From positions 64,001 to 128,000 of the IMG/VR virus record IMGVR_UViG_3300037067_012088: a DNA stretch of 64,000 nt, one strand, 5' to 3'. Below the pieces are notes generated by a model that saw only the letters and a list, made by a program, of their open reading frames with translations, was not told the origin of the DNA and did no database searches. Numbering within the stretch: position 1 is the stretch's first letter; the number at the start of each line of letters is the position of its first letter. Both the position numbers and the translations under genes were made by a program. Positions 9,980 through 19,961 of this stretch are shown here, in pieces. The stretch comes from a virus (taxonomy: Duplodnaviria; Caudoviricetes).

Positions 9980-11005
9980 GATAGATGGGTTGATTATTGT
10001 CGTAACGGGTGATACACCGATTTTAAGCACGTTTGCCGCGATCTGGTAAAAATTGTTGAAGCGGACTTGCGCGGCGGCCCTAAAAGCGTCATCATTTGGG
10101 GCGCCGATTTCGCCGGTATCGTCATCGTCATTACCGAGACGGGCTTGAACCGGCATAGGAACGGCCACCTTGTTAACATCAATCGGCTCCTTGGATTCCA
10201 CCGGTTCTTGAACCTTGTTGGCGGGCGGCTCAACCGATTCCGTAATCACGGTAAGACCCTTGACTGGCGCGGCGGGGTTTTCGACGATACCTCCACCCAG
10301 CGGAATCGTGGTGATGGGCAAGATACGATAGGTGCGACCTTCACCCTCTAACGAGGCACCGTTCCCCTTGTAGGCGCGCAGGGTCTTCTTCCACTTGGCA
10401 AAATCGGGGGCGTCCGGTGTGATGAGTTTGGTGGCACTGGCGATGGCAATCTGGTCGTCTGGAAGCACCGCGATGTAGAAGCCCTTGAACGCCATCTCAA
10501 AGGACAGAGAAAGAGAGTTGAAGTCACTGTGCGCCGGGTTAGAGGACGCCACAATGTCGTCGGCCAAATCTGGGTTAACCGCTTTCCACACCACGAAAAC
10601 GAGAGCGATATTGAAGGGTTGATCAGACTCACGCGCTTCCTCTTCCGTGATGACGCGATTGGTGCCAATTTCACTCAGGCCGGCGTGAAGGACGAACCCG
10701 ACTACCTGTTTGCGGCGGTGCTCGAAGTCGATGAACTTGTTCTTGAACTTGGAGTATACGGCAAGCGCGGTGATCTTGTCCATGCCGTCATCATTGCGAT
10801 TGACTATGCCGGCGACCGCAATGTTACCGGCGCATATCAAGAGATCCGGATTTGCCTCGGGATCGATACCAGCGGGCAAGAGGGTCTTGAGGTCATTCAG
10901 CGACGCCTTCGCTTCTTCAAGCACCTGCGGGTCCGGTTCGATGGCGCGAACCGATGCGGTCAGAATGAGGGTCTCTTCGATGAGTTCTTCAGGAGTGCTA
11001 TCCAT
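9284..11005 (-). CDS. prohead protease-scaffold fusion
   Basis: NRNDDG..FIDFEH..VVG..LSFEM protease motifs plus C-terminal coiled coil; start placed at MDSTPEE below the late promoter. Confidence 0.75.
   Translation of the reverse strand: MDSTPEELIEETLILTASVRAIEPDPQVLEEAKASLNDLKTLLPAGIDPEANPDLLICAGNIAVAGIVNRNDDGMDKITALAVYSKFKNKFIDFEHRRKQVVGFVLHAGLSEIGTNRVITEEEARESDQPFNIALVFVVWKAVNPDLADDIVASSNPAHSDFNSLSLSFEMAFKGFYIAVLPDDQIAIASATKLITPDAPDFAKWKKTLRAYKGNGASLEGEGRTYRILPITTIPLGGGIVENPAAPVKGLTVITESVEPPANKVQEPVESKEPIDVNKVAVPMPVQARLGNDDDDTGEIGAPNDDAFRAAAQVRFNNFYQIAANVLKIGVSPVTTIINPSIMNLKEYQDKVTKAEKLEDFKEVAMASLTVIEAIQQESVRREEAKKAAETQASEVARLKTEIEAARDQALQDLTAVKAELDQIKATQQSEAMARKFDERMNLLSETFEFSDDERAEVVADIKDLSDEAFAKFMEKSKKLMKEKTKDFIKQKKDEAKASREQLVASLKEKGVNVKLGETFNVEEVIASALANPISTPAGSTLEVTKTLKDRAQAAFANVTMGGKKFSELEETK
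10012..10037 (-). promoter_or_regulatory. internal late promoter within protease gene
   Basis: GGCAAAC-N11-CGGTGTAT. Confidence 0.65.
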
Positions 11006-11014
11006 TCTCCTGTG

Positions 11015-11040
11015 ATACACCGGATTAGAAGGCCCTTACC
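11015..11040 (-). promoter_or_regulatory. phage late promoter
   Basis: GGTAAGG-N11-CGGTGTAT. Confidence 0.75.
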
Positions 11041-11164
11041 CGCCAACGTATCCCACCGACGCCATGCGACCACAATTTGACTAGCCATTGAGAGCCCTCT
11101 CGGCATGCTAGAAATGGTCCCCATTTGGCGACAAACGAGTCTCCCTCCCACGCGCAAACCGGCT

Positions 11165-13168
11165 TCATGTTGCCTCCTCGATGCGGGCTTTATGCAGCAG
11201 TATCGCCGTCCACTCGTCCACCTCGAACTCCAGCCTGATCCCGTCAATCTCATTCGCGATATCAACTGGGATGTCCTTGGGGTCTTTGATATATGAGGCT
11301 ATCGCCTCGTCCCACTTATCTTGGGGTTCGTTGACCACGATGGAGCGAGCGACCGCTGCCGCTAAATCACCTTGGACGCCGTCTAGTTTCTTGAGCTTGA
11401 AAGCCTTCTGGTAAGCCTTCTCTACCTTGGCGCGAACCGCATCCATGATGGGGAGGGTCTCTACAATCTTGGCCTGACTAAGCTGGATACTCGCGCGAGA
11501 CGTGCCAACGGGACTGATTTTCTTGCTCGTCTGCTTGGCTTTGGAACCGGCAGGACGACCGTTCGGGCCGCCTTCGCCTTCCTTGGGTCCACCCACTAGA
11601 GGCATGTAATAACCCTTGTCGCGGTCGGTCTTGTATTCCGCCTGACGTTCCTCAGAGTCTTCGCGCGTGGGAAGGATGCCAGTCTTGAGCGCGTCGTTAA
11701 GCTGGTCAGGAGTGAGCAGACCAAGTTGTGCCATCTGGGCATAGATGCGGTTCATCACGGCGCCGTCCTCAAGGTTAATCTCCTCGAACTCCACCAGCGG
11801 GATGTTGCGGAAACCCATCGCCTCGCACACCTTCTTAATCTCGGGGCGCAGGAAGTCGTTCAGGAAAGCCTGTCGCCCCTGACTGAGCACCTGCACAAAC
11901 ATCTTGGCCTTGATGGAAGCGGTGGCGAATTTCTCGTCACCGAAAAGGGTGAACTGAAGACCCTCCTTGATATACTTGTTGACCACCTCATACTTCGCCG
12001 GCCCGAGCAGCTCCTTGAGGTCGGGAATCTTCCACTCCATCTTGGTCGTCCAATCGGACACGAGCACGCGCCCAACCGAATTGTTCTGGAAGATGGCTTG
12101 AAGGCGCTGAAGGGTCTCCTTGCCCATCGGCGGGTTCTTGTCGTCGGCCGGCGCACCAGCGGTAACAAGCAAGAGGGCCTGTTCCACCATGCGCGCCATC
12201 GACATGTCCATGCGCTTCAGTTCCAACATCCACTCAATATCGTTTAACACCGGCCAGACCATCGGCACCGCGAGGGGCTCGTAGTCCTGCTTGCGGTAGA
12301 ATACGTAATAGAGGCGTTTCGTATCAAGCGGCGCCCAGATGTAGGGGTAGGAACCGTAGTTCTTGATCTGCTCCTGAATATACTTGGGGAAGGACTTGAG
12401 CACCTGTTTGTCTTCGGGCGTCTGAGGATCGCGCAACCGCTGAAGCTCATATGTCGAGAGCATCTTGGAGAAGTTATAGGCGTAGGTCGGCCCGATTTGG
12501 AGGCTCATCTGACCCGGATTCAAGATGATATAGCGAATGGGCAGTTCGGGGCTCTTGGCGGAGAAGGCGGTTTCGAGAGTCTTGAACTTGTCGGGGGCGA
12601 TAGCTCCGTTGAACTTGTAGATGAATACGTTGCCTGAGCGGTAGTACTCTCTGAAGAATTGAGGCTGAAACGAAGAGAGACCAATCGTCTCGAACCAGTG
12701 CAGGAAGAACTTCTTAACCGTCTTATTGGGACACTTAACACGAAGGTTCCCAATGGAGAAGTCGGTGTAAAGATCGATAGCGTTTCGTATTTGCGAGACG
12801 TTAAAATAAGCGGCAAGAGTGATATCGATAACCGCCCCCATGGAATACCCTCCATTCCTCTCCGTGAACGGGATAACACCACTGCTGATGTTGCGATAAG
12901 CGTTTGTGTCAGCAATCGAGTTGGCCCACGTATTGCGACCTACCGACCCACCGGTTCCGCCGCCACACGCAGCTAAAGCGGTAAAATGATCTTTGGCAAA
13001 CACCGGAGCCACGCTCGCGGCCGACTGATCCAGCAGAGCCTTGTAGGTCTCTGTATCTACCGCGCGAATCGAAGAAGCAGCGGTCGCCTGAGGGGCCTGA
13101 GCCCCCGCAGATAGCTGTTTCCTTCCTTCCCAGTAACCAGTATCCTTCTTGACATATGATCTCGACAT
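11165..13168 (-). CDS. portal protein
   Basis: 667 aa between terminase and protease; FFREYYRSGNVFIY segment. Confidence 0.75.
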   Translation of the reverse strand: MSRSYVKKDTGYWEGRKQLSAGAQAPQATAASSIRAVDTETYKALLDQSAASVAPVFAKDHFTALAACGGGTGGSVGRNTWANSIADTNAYRNISSGVIPFTERNGGYSMGAVIDITLAAYFNVSQIRNAIDLYTDFSIGNLRVKCPNKTVKKFFLHWFETIGLSSFQPQFFREYYRSGNVFIYKFNGAIAPDKFKTLETAFSAKSPELPIRYIILNPGQMSLQIGPTYAYNFSKMLSTYELQRLRDPQTPEDKQVLKSFPKYIQEQIKNYGSYPYIWAPLDTKRLYYVFYRKQDYEPLAVPMVWPVLNDIEWMLELKRMDMSMARMVEQALLLVTAGAPADDKNPPMGKETLQRLQAIFQNNSVGRVLVSDWTTKMEWKIPDLKELLGPAKYEVVNKYIKEGLQFTLFGDEKFATASIKAKMFVQVLSQGRQAFLNDFLRPEIKKVCEAMGFRNIPLVEFEEINLEDGAVMNRIYAQMAQLGLLTPDQLNDALKTGILPTREDSEERQAEYKTDRDKGYYMPLVGGPKEGEGGPNGRPAGSKAKQTSKKISPVGTSRASIQLSQAKIVETLPIMDAVRAKVEKAYQKAFKLKKLDGVQGDLAAAVARSIVVNEPQDKWDEAIASYIKDPKDIPVDIANEIDGIRLEFEVDEWTAILLHKARIEEAT

Positions 13169-13176
13169 GGCTTCTT

Positions 13177-13202
13177 ATACACCCAAATCGACCCGGTTTA
13201 CC
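13177..13202 (-). promoter_or_regulatory. phage late promoter
   Basis: GGTAAAC-N11-GGGTGTAT, 8 nt from ATG. Confidence 0.75.
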
Positions 13203-13228
13203 AATCTACTTTCAATCTACTTTGTCAC

Positions 13229-16200
13229 TTACTTGATAAACGGATACTGCGCTGGCCCACCAATCAGCACCGGCACGAACCCGATATCCCCATCAACCGG
13301 CGGCAAGTTCATGGCATTCGTGTAGATATACAAGCACCAGTTGGCAAGGAGCAGCGCGGAATACGAGTCCTTACGCACCTTGTTGCGCGTCTTGCCCGCG
13401 CGCTTCATGTGAGAAGGTAGGTCCCAAGAGAGGTGGCCGAGACCATTCGATTTGAGTTCGATGAGGGCGCACTCCTTCTTGACGAGGTCCATGAGCAACT
13501 CCTGATGCGCGATGAAGTCGTCCTTGGGGCCGCCGACCGTGGTGTTGCCATCCTCACTCTTGGCGTTAAAGGCAGAGTGGACATCCAAGATGCGATCAAT
13601 CGACTTTTCCATCAAGATATCGAAAGAGGGTTTGTGAGCGCGAGGTTTGCCAGCGAAAACGATGTTGCGGTTGTCAAAACAGGCTTGAAGATGCTCGTTC
13701 GCGGCGCGCTGAAAATCGGAGTGGAAGTGCTGAGGATGAACATAGCGCCCGGCCATGCGATTGTAGCTCTGCTGAACCTGCTTGATGACCTCAGATGAGT
13801 GCTCCTTGCCGAAATCCGCCTCAATGGAGGCTAACATGATCTTCTTTTCTCGGAACAGCTCGGACTCGTTACAGATGTTGATAAAGCCGAGATTCGCGCC
13901 CTGAGAAGCGTCAAACCCAATGTAGACTATCTTGAAGGCCGTGAGCAGATAATAGAGGTATTCGATGTGCTCCTTAAGCGAGACTTCGCCCGACTGCGCG
14001 TATTGGTGGACCACCATGCCTATCTTGCGGATCGAGTCGTCGGACATCTTGCGCTCGACAATCTTGAGGACACACATGGCGAAGTGGTCAGAGTTCTCCG
14101 AATCAGATGCGTTTTGGTCAATACCAAGGACGTATTCGGCGTTAGGGTCACCCACAATCTCGACGCAAGGAGATTGGCCATCCTCAATGGTGCAGTTCTT
14201 CATCTTGGAGGCGCGGAAAAATCCGTCAGAGTCGCTGACAAACGCACTTTCGTATTCTCGCTTAATGGTAGTCTCAGAATACATGCCACTCTCGATTTCC
14301 TTCTTGATCGCCTTTTCCACGCGATCTTCATTGGCGACCTTCCATGAGAGTTGATGAACAAGATAGGAACCACCACCATAGCCCGCGATCTCTTCTGCGC
14401 TCTGTTCACCATGGATGATGCCGAGATACTTCTTGTAAAGCTCGTACAGATACTCCCATGAGTAGCTGGCGCTACTGATAACGATCATCTTGTTCTCCGA
14501 CTTGAACATCTCGCGCTGCTCTTCGGTCATGTGCCCGGCGGCGATGAGTCGGCTCTCCTTTTCGCGAATTCGCATACGCCGATTCACCTCAGTTTCGGAG
14601 GGGGTGAACAAGAACGGCTTGAGCACATTGTCGATGGTCGATTGAGAGATAAGAAGACCTTCGTCGATACCCAGCACGTTGGCACGAATACCACGAAGGC
14701 GATTAGGGTCGCCCAGCGGGACCGCGATGATGGAAGAACCGTTCTTGAACTTGATGGTATACTTGTCCGGCTTCTTCATCAAGTCTCCATCCATGGTCTG
14801 GCGAAGGAGAGTGCCGCCGGGGAAGCCCGCTTCATAGTCTGGCTTAGACCGAGACCACTCGTCGATATTCTCAAGAATCTTACGGCTCGACTTGAACTGA
14901 CCGCCGCTGACGATACAGATGTGCTTACCCGGATTGAGGATACAATAGAGGTAGCAGAAGTGACCATAAAGCCAGCTATTGTGATTGATGAAACCATCGC
15001 TCCAGTAGCATGCCTCGTTGGCTACTTGGATGTCAATGGAGACGGTATCGACCGGCTTGATCAACTTGATGGACTCGAAGTGATAGTCCTGACTCAAGAT
15101 AGCGTCAAGCTTGCCCTTGTCCTCTTGGTCGAGGAAATCGAATTGACGCACCTCCTTAAGGCGCGCTTGCGAGATTGATTTATGCAGTTTAATCCCCTTG
15201 TGGCGGAACTGGAATGGTCGATATTTGGTGCGGAAGTAGGCCCCGAGCGGGAGTAGGTTGTGATGGAAGGTGCTCGTTCCGGTGTTCGCTAGGTAACGGT
15301 TGACATTGTCCTGCTTGTATCCGATGCCGAATCCAATTTCCTTGGAGAATATCTTAACGTGCTCTCGATTGCTGATCTTCAGCGTCCACGCATCGTTCGT
15401 GTCATACGTTTTGCCATTCGCGAACTCTTGTGGGCCGCTCTTGTGGGTTAGATTGATGTAGGAAACGATGCCGTAGTTCAGTAGCACCGATTGGGTGGTC
15501 TTAAGGATGTCCCACGAAGACGAAGTAAGAGCGACCATACCACTCCATTGACTGCCCGAACCTTCGTGCTTGACAACCGAAAAACCATCGGTATCGAAAA
15601 GGCCACGAAGAAAGGCGGACATGTGGGGTTTGGACACCCCCAACACGCCTCGCGGAAAGACCTTCTTGTGGGCCTTCTCACCACAGAATCCCATGTGATA
15701 TAGGAACTGTTTAAAGAGAACGCTGGAGAACTCGTAGGACGTGGCTGTGGTCCCCGCTTTCTGGGATGCCCTGACAGGACGCCCGTCGATATAGCGAGGA
15801 ACGATGTCCAACATGAAGTCCCTTATCTCCTTATCGTCCGAGGTGACGCCAATGGCTCCCGGCACACCGCGAATACATCCATCACCCAAGAGGAGGCCGA
15901 GGAAGTAGTAGAGGTCTCTCTCGTGCTTGGGGGTAATTTCGTTGGCTTGTGCGGCGGCCTTTCCGATGAACGACTCAACGGGGTTCTTGTCCGCCCACGC
16001 ATCCATACCATGGCGAATCGGAATGATCTCGTTCCCGTCGAAGTCCTCGATGTTCTTCCATTCCATCTGAGCAGTAGAGGGGTTGAGATAGTAAACCTTA
16101 TGTCCCGTCTTACCCCTACACGTGAATCCACTACGAGTGACTATCTCGAATCCATCCTCCTTCGGGTTGACCGTCTTGCCCTCGATAGGCTGGAATCCCT

Positions 16201-16540
16201 TGTCTGCCCAAATCCTTTCACCCACGTAGGTTTCCTTTATGGCCTTGAGACCGTTTTCGGTCAAGACGATTGAATTCTCGTCGATACACTTCGACCAGCC
16301 ACGTCCGGCGACGGTAAGAGAGAAGTTCTTCTGAAGCCACCCCTTGAGCACGATTCGTTGGTCGGAATAGAGTATCATGCCCGTTAGCAAGCGCACTAGG
16401 AACCCGATATTGTAGCGCAGAAATCCGCCTAGCGTGATGCGTGCATCCTCTTCGGTGAGTTCACCAGCCAGTTTAAGGTAGGTGGCGTTCAGGTCCTCGC
16501 GCTCAGGATCGGGTCTATCAGTTGGGAGTGGGAACCACAT
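13229..16540 (-). CDS. terL: terminase large subunit, intein-containing
   Basis: Walker A AGRGWSK/S split by intein, LRGIRANVLGIDE Walker B, YVLGID nuclease motif, C-terminal RKDSYSAL. Confidence 0.9.
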   Translation of the reverse strand: MWFPLPTDRPDPEREDLNATYLKLAGELTEEDARITLGGFLRYNIGFLVRLLTGMILYSDQRIVLKGWLQKNFSLTVAGRGWSKCIDENSIVLTENGLKAIKETYVGERIWADKGFQPIEGKTVNPKEDGFEIVTRSGFTCRGKTGHKVYYLNPSTAQMEWKNIEDFDGNEIIPIRHGMDAWADKNPVESFIGKAAAQANEITPKHERDLYYFLGLLLGDGCIRGVPGAIGVTSDDKEIRDFMLDIVPRYIDGRPVRASQKAGTTATSYEFSSVLFKQFLYHMGFCGEKAHKKVFPRGVLGVSKPHMSAFLRGLFDTDGFSVVKHEGSGSQWSGMVALTSSSWDILKTTQSVLLNYGIVSYINLTHKSGPQEFANGKTYDTNDAWTLKISNREHVKIFSKEIGFGIGYKQDNVNRYLANTGTSTFHHNLLPLGAYFRTKYRPFQFRHKGIKLHKSISQARLKEVRQFDFLDQEDKGKLDAILSQDYHFESIKLIKPVDTVSIDIQVANEACYWSDGFINHNSWLYGHFCYLYCILNPGKHICIVSGGQFKSSRKILENIDEWSRSKPDYEAGFPGGTLLRQTMDGDLMKKPDKYTIKFKNGSSIIAVPLGDPNRLRGIRANVLGIDEGLLISQSTIDNVLKPFLFTPSETEVNRRMRIREKESRLIAAGHMTEEQREMFKSENKMIVISSASYSWEYLYELYKKYLGIIHGEQSAEEIAGYGGGSYLVHQLSWKVANEDRVEKAIKKEIESGMYSETTIKREYESAFVSDSDGFFRASKMKNCTIEDGQSPCVEIVGDPNAEYVLGIDQNASDSENSDHFAMCVLKIVERKMSDDSIRKIGMVVHQYAQSGEVSLKEHIEYLYYLLTAFKIVYIGFDASQGANLGFINICNESELFREKKIMLASIEADFGKEHSSEVIKQVQQSYNRMAGRYVHPQHFHSDFQRAANEHLQACFDNRNIVFAGKPRAHKPSFDILMEKSIDRILDVHSAFNAKSEDGNTTVGGPKDDFIAHQELLMDLVKKECALIELKSNGLGHLSWDLPSHMKRAGKTRNKVRKDSYSALLLANWCLYIYTNAMNLPPVDGDIGFVPVLIGGPAQYPFIK
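14978..16288 (-). mobile_element. intein with LAGLIDADG homing endonuclease (437 aa)
   Basis: Begins CIDENSIVLTENG, ends GFINHN followed by S; FLGLLLGDG and FLRGLFDTDG motifs. Confidence 0.9.
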
Positions 16541-17514
16541 TAGAGCAGTCCCCTCTCGTTCGCATACTCCAGATCAATCCTACGCACCTCGTCGCCCAAT
16601 TGAAGGATGCGCATGACCTTGTTTGCGGCGTCCGCGCGCCCGTCCGCAAAAACGGCCTGAAACGAGAGCGGGTATTTCGTGAGTAATTCGCGGAGGTTAA
16701 AGAACACGTGGCTTTCGCTCACCTTCGACCACCGCATCTGGGGTAGGTAGCTGAACGACAAGGCTTGCGTCAAAGGTGTCTCGACCACCATGACGATGTA
16801 GTGCCCCTTCTCGGCGGCGCGGGCCAGTTCGCGGTCAAAACGCTCGAATCCCACGTCGATGGAGATGCTGTCATCCACCTTCTTGCGTTTGTTCTGACGC
16901 AGGTTGAGGGTGCCGACCATGTCGGAGACGGACTTGCGTTCGATGTAGATCCCCTTGTCATGCGGCGCGGCCAAAGCATAGTCTCCCTCATCCAGCTTGG
17001 CTCGAATCGTAGTGACCGGGAACTGGAGAACCGACTGCTCACGCGTATCGCATATAATGCACTTATCACCCAAATCTGCCGCTATAGCAGGATTCTGTTC
17101 TGTATACGATACATACCGCTCCTTGAATCCCAGTTCGCGCGCAATCTCATAGTAGTCGCCCACGTGATTGTAGTAGGCCATACTCGGGCACTGAAGAGAC
17201 CTCAGCTCAACCTGACTCGGCGCATAGACCAGTCCCTTCTCTTCCTTCCGTCGCCTTAACCACTCAATCGCCCACTCGCGCCCGGCCACAGGTTCCCTCT
17301 TCAGGTAGGCTTTGATGGCGTTTTTGTCGATGAAGTCTTGGGAGAGATACTGAATCCAGTCCTTGAAGGGAATGGGTTTGCCGGTGCCCTTGCACACACG
17401 GGGCTCGTGCCGAATGTAATAGTCAGCCTGCTTAACCTTGAGCCGGCGCAGATGGGCGTGCAAGATTTCGCGCGACTCATGAACGGTCTGGTCGATTTGG
17501 CAGATGACCGACAT
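16540..17514 (-). CDS. ERCC4/XPF-domain nuclease
   Basis: ICDTREQ..LDEGDY..IERKSVSD motifs. Confidence 0.8.
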   Translation of the reverse strand: MSVICQIDQTVHESREILHAHLRRLKVKQADYYIRHEPRVCKGTGKPIPFKDWIQYLSQDFIDKNAIKAYLKREPVAGREWAIEWLRRRKEEKGLVYAPSQVELRSLQCPSMAYYNHVGDYYEIARELGFKERYVSYTEQNPAIAADLGDKCIICDTREQSVLQFPVTTIRAKLDEGDYALAAPHDKGIYIERKSVSDMVGTLNLRQNKRKKVDDSISIDVGFERFDRELARAAEKGHYIVMVVETPLTQALSFSYLPQMRWSKVSESHVFFNLRELLTKYPLSFQAVFADGRADAANKVMRILQLGDEVRRIDLEYANERGLL

Positions 17515-17516
17515 GA

Positions 17517-18770
17517 TTAGGCGCCCCTGATAGCCTCTTGGCGCGATTGTCCCGCTATCAAAGCCACCACCGAATCGAAGTTGGACAGTCTATCGAACTC
17601 CTTCTCGTCCGCCAGATGCTCGGCCTGACCTTGACTGATAAGCCCCTTGCGCGCGTCTTCATCCTTCTGCCATGCCTCAAGCAGGGGCAGCACCGATTCA
17701 CTTCGGCGCGTCTTGAGATCCTCACGTTCCGAGCGCGTGGATTCGAGAGTCTTGATGAGGGTCGCGTATTCCTTGACGCACTTGTCGAGCTTCTCTTGGG
17801 TGCCGTTCACCAGTTCCACCATGTTCTGCGAGAGGACGGCGCGCCCCTTTTCATCGGTTGACTCCATCTGCTCCTCCATTTGCTGCACGATCTTCTGGAG
17901 GCGGCGCTCCGTCTGTGCGATCTTGACCTTGGCTGCGCTGGCTTGGATGTAGAGATTCTGGTCGGCGGAGGTGAGGTCCGGCTTGTCGTGAGTCAGCGTG
18001 ATGAAATGGCTCTCGAACAAGGTCCGCTCCATCTTCTTGACATACTGTTGGGCTTGATAGCGGAACGATACGCTCTTGACGTAACCCATCAGCGCGTAGA
18101 GGCACTTGTATTCGAGGGGCTTGAGCGCGTCGCCCTTGTAGGCGTTCTTGCCCGGGTCCATCGGGTTGCTGACGTAGCCATTGACTCGTCCGACCATTTC
18201 CATGATGGACTTGCACGGCTTGTATTCGGCGGATTCAACTGGCTCGTCCCACATGTCCAACGCCGATTCGTTATACTCCTTGACGAACTCGAAGATGGCC
18301 TTATACTCGCGCGAACCGGGTTTGACCACCATCACCTCGGGGAATATCATGCGCACCAGTTCGTTTAGCTTGGGCGGATTGGGGGAGTTGAGCAACGAGA
18401 CGATGGAATCAACCTGCTGCTGGGTCAGGACGATCTTGCCCTTGTTGACGTATTGAGTAGTCTTGATGACCTTGGGCGGCTCCGTGCCATCAGGATTCAG
18501 AGTAGCGATGTAGGCTTTGATGGACTTGGCTTCAGTGTGGTGGCCGTTAAGGGTCGGATTGCCAAACGCCTGTCTGGTCAGTTCCTTCAATTCGAGCTTA
18601 TCCCAGTTGGCACGGGTGAAGGTCTTCTGCTCCTCAGTCAACTCGACGATCTCATAGTTGGCATTGACGTAGTTGCCCTGACGCTTGGGCTTCTTGGTGG
18701 GCTCGGGAGTCTTGGGAGACTCACCAGTCTCGGTAACCTCGTCTAGCGGGAATGGGGGTTCGTCACTCAT
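17517..18770 (-). CDS. hypothetical protein, possible terminase small subunit
   Basis: 417 aa with C-terminal coiled coil; position only. Confidence 0.4.
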   Translation of the reverse strand: MSDEPPFPLDEVTETGESPKTPEPTKKPKRQGNYVNANYEIVELTEEQKTFTRANWDKLELKELTRQAFGNPTLNGHHTEAKSIKAYIATLNPDGTEPPKVIKTTQYVNKGKIVLTQQQVDSIVSLLNSPNPPKLNELVRMIFPEVMVVKPGSREYKAIFEFVKEYNESALDMWDEPVESAEYKPCKSIMEMVGRVNGYVSNPMDPGKNAYKGDALKPLEYKCLYALMGYVKSVSFRYQAQQYVKKMERTLFESHFITLTHDKPDLTSADQNLYIQASAAKVKIAQTERRLQKIVQQMEEQMESTDEKGRAVLSQNMVELVNGTQEKLDKCVKEYATLIKTLESTRSEREDLKTRRSESVLPLLEAWQKDEDARKGLISQGQAEHLADEKEFDRLSNFDSVVALIAGQSRQEAIRGA

Positions 18771-19483
18771 GTCAAATCCATGTCCATCATGATTTGGCGC
18801 GCCATCTTGATGAAGCGATTTCGCGCTTTGGTGATGGCAATCGGAGTGCGGGTGATACATGTGACCTTAATACCCATCTCCTTAGCCACCCGCTTAATCG
18901 GCCAATGCCGGATATAGATGAGTCGATACAGTTTAGCATCGCTCTTGGTCAGCTTCTTGAGCATGACCTTGTCGAGGGCAGCCTTGTGACCCTCTGTGTC
19001 CGCGAAATCAGAGGGAATGTTGTGATGCTCATCGGTGTGGGATTCAAGGGACATTGGGGCCGACAGATTCGCTTGAACTCCCTTCTTCTTTTCCCATGCA
19101 GCGTAAAGAGGACAATGACAGTCTTGCTTACCGGTCGGACTCTTGTGCCAATGACAGATAGAATCCCCCCCATTGAAGCGACAGGGGACCCCGTATACAC
19201 CTGAAGCCAGACATGGGCGCGCTGCTTTGAACAAGTGTTTCCTCAACATGTTGATGATGGCGTTCGTCAACACCGTGTTGCACCACTTGTCGAATGGACG
19301 CGATACGTCATACTGGTGAATCACTTTCCACACGTGAACCATCAACTCGCTCGACACATCCTCAAAGGGCATGGTCGTGAGCACCCACTTGCTGCGCCGC
19401 TGGTTGACCAGCCTCTGTATCTCGGCGTAATACTGATTGAAGAGGGCGGTGTTACCCTCTGGTGGCTGCTTGTCGGCGGCCAT
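18767..19483 (-). CDS. phage sigma70/ECF-like sigma factor with Cys-rich insert
   Basis: Region 2 (FEDVSSEL..YDVSRPFDKWCNTVLTNAIINMLRK), region 4 HTH (LTKSDAKL..IKRVAKEMGI). Confidence 0.75.
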   Translation of the reverse strand: MAADKQPPEGNTALFNQYYAEIQRLVNQRRSKWVLTTMPFEDVSSELMVHVWKVIHQYDVSRPFDKWCNTVLTNAIINMLRKHLFKAARPCLASGVYGVPCRFNGGDSICHWHKSPTGKQDCHCPLYAAWEKKKGVQANLSAPMSLESHTDEHHNIPSDFADTEGHKAALDKVMLKKLTKSDAKLYRLIYIRHWPIKRVAKEMGIKVTCITRTPIAITKARNRFIKMARQIMMDMDLT

Positions 19484-19914
19484 TACCGTTTGCGAGACCG
19501 CGTTTTCTTGGCCGGCGCGACCTCGGAAGCCTCAGCTTGGGTGAAGGCCTCACGCACGTTACCTAGGGTCCCAAGCTTGACATTGGTGCCCTCTGACGCG
19601 AGAGATATATTGAACCCGCCACGAAGACTAGCAGTCAATTGGGCAGCGCGAGATTGCATCCGTTCTGGGCTATAGTAATCGTCAGCACTGCGTTCCTCGC
19701 GACCTGTGGGCTCGGGCGCGTAAAGGGGCTGCGGGCGACGAAGGGCCGGCTGTTCGCTGGCGATAATCACCTTGGGCGGCGTGCCGGCGGGTTGCGAAAC
19801 GGGGGTGGTGAGGAAGGCGGTAGTCATGTCTTTCGAGCATGAACCGCAGAATCGAGGCTTCTCGATCTCGTAGAGGTTGGGTTTAGAGCAATGTGGGCAC
19901 CACGTTCTTGACAT
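19483..19914 (-). CDS. zinc-ribbon protein
   Basis: CPHC..FCGSC at N terminus. Confidence 0.65.
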   Translation of the reverse strand: MSRTWCPHCSKPNLYEIEKPRFCGSCSKDMTTAFLTTPVSQPAGTPPKVIIASEQPALRRPQPLYAPEPTGREERSADDYYSPERMQSRAAQLTASLRGGFNISLASEGTNVKLGTLGNVREAFTQAEASEVAPAKKTRSRKR

Positions 19915-19961
19915 TTTGGATGATCTCCTATACTAGAATCATAACGCAAATCACTCCGCTG

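Noticed and set aside
7994-10012. Long plus-strand ORFs 7994-9208 and 9248-10012
   Set aside because: Antisense shadows of codon-biased capsid and scaffold genes; no motifs or promoters
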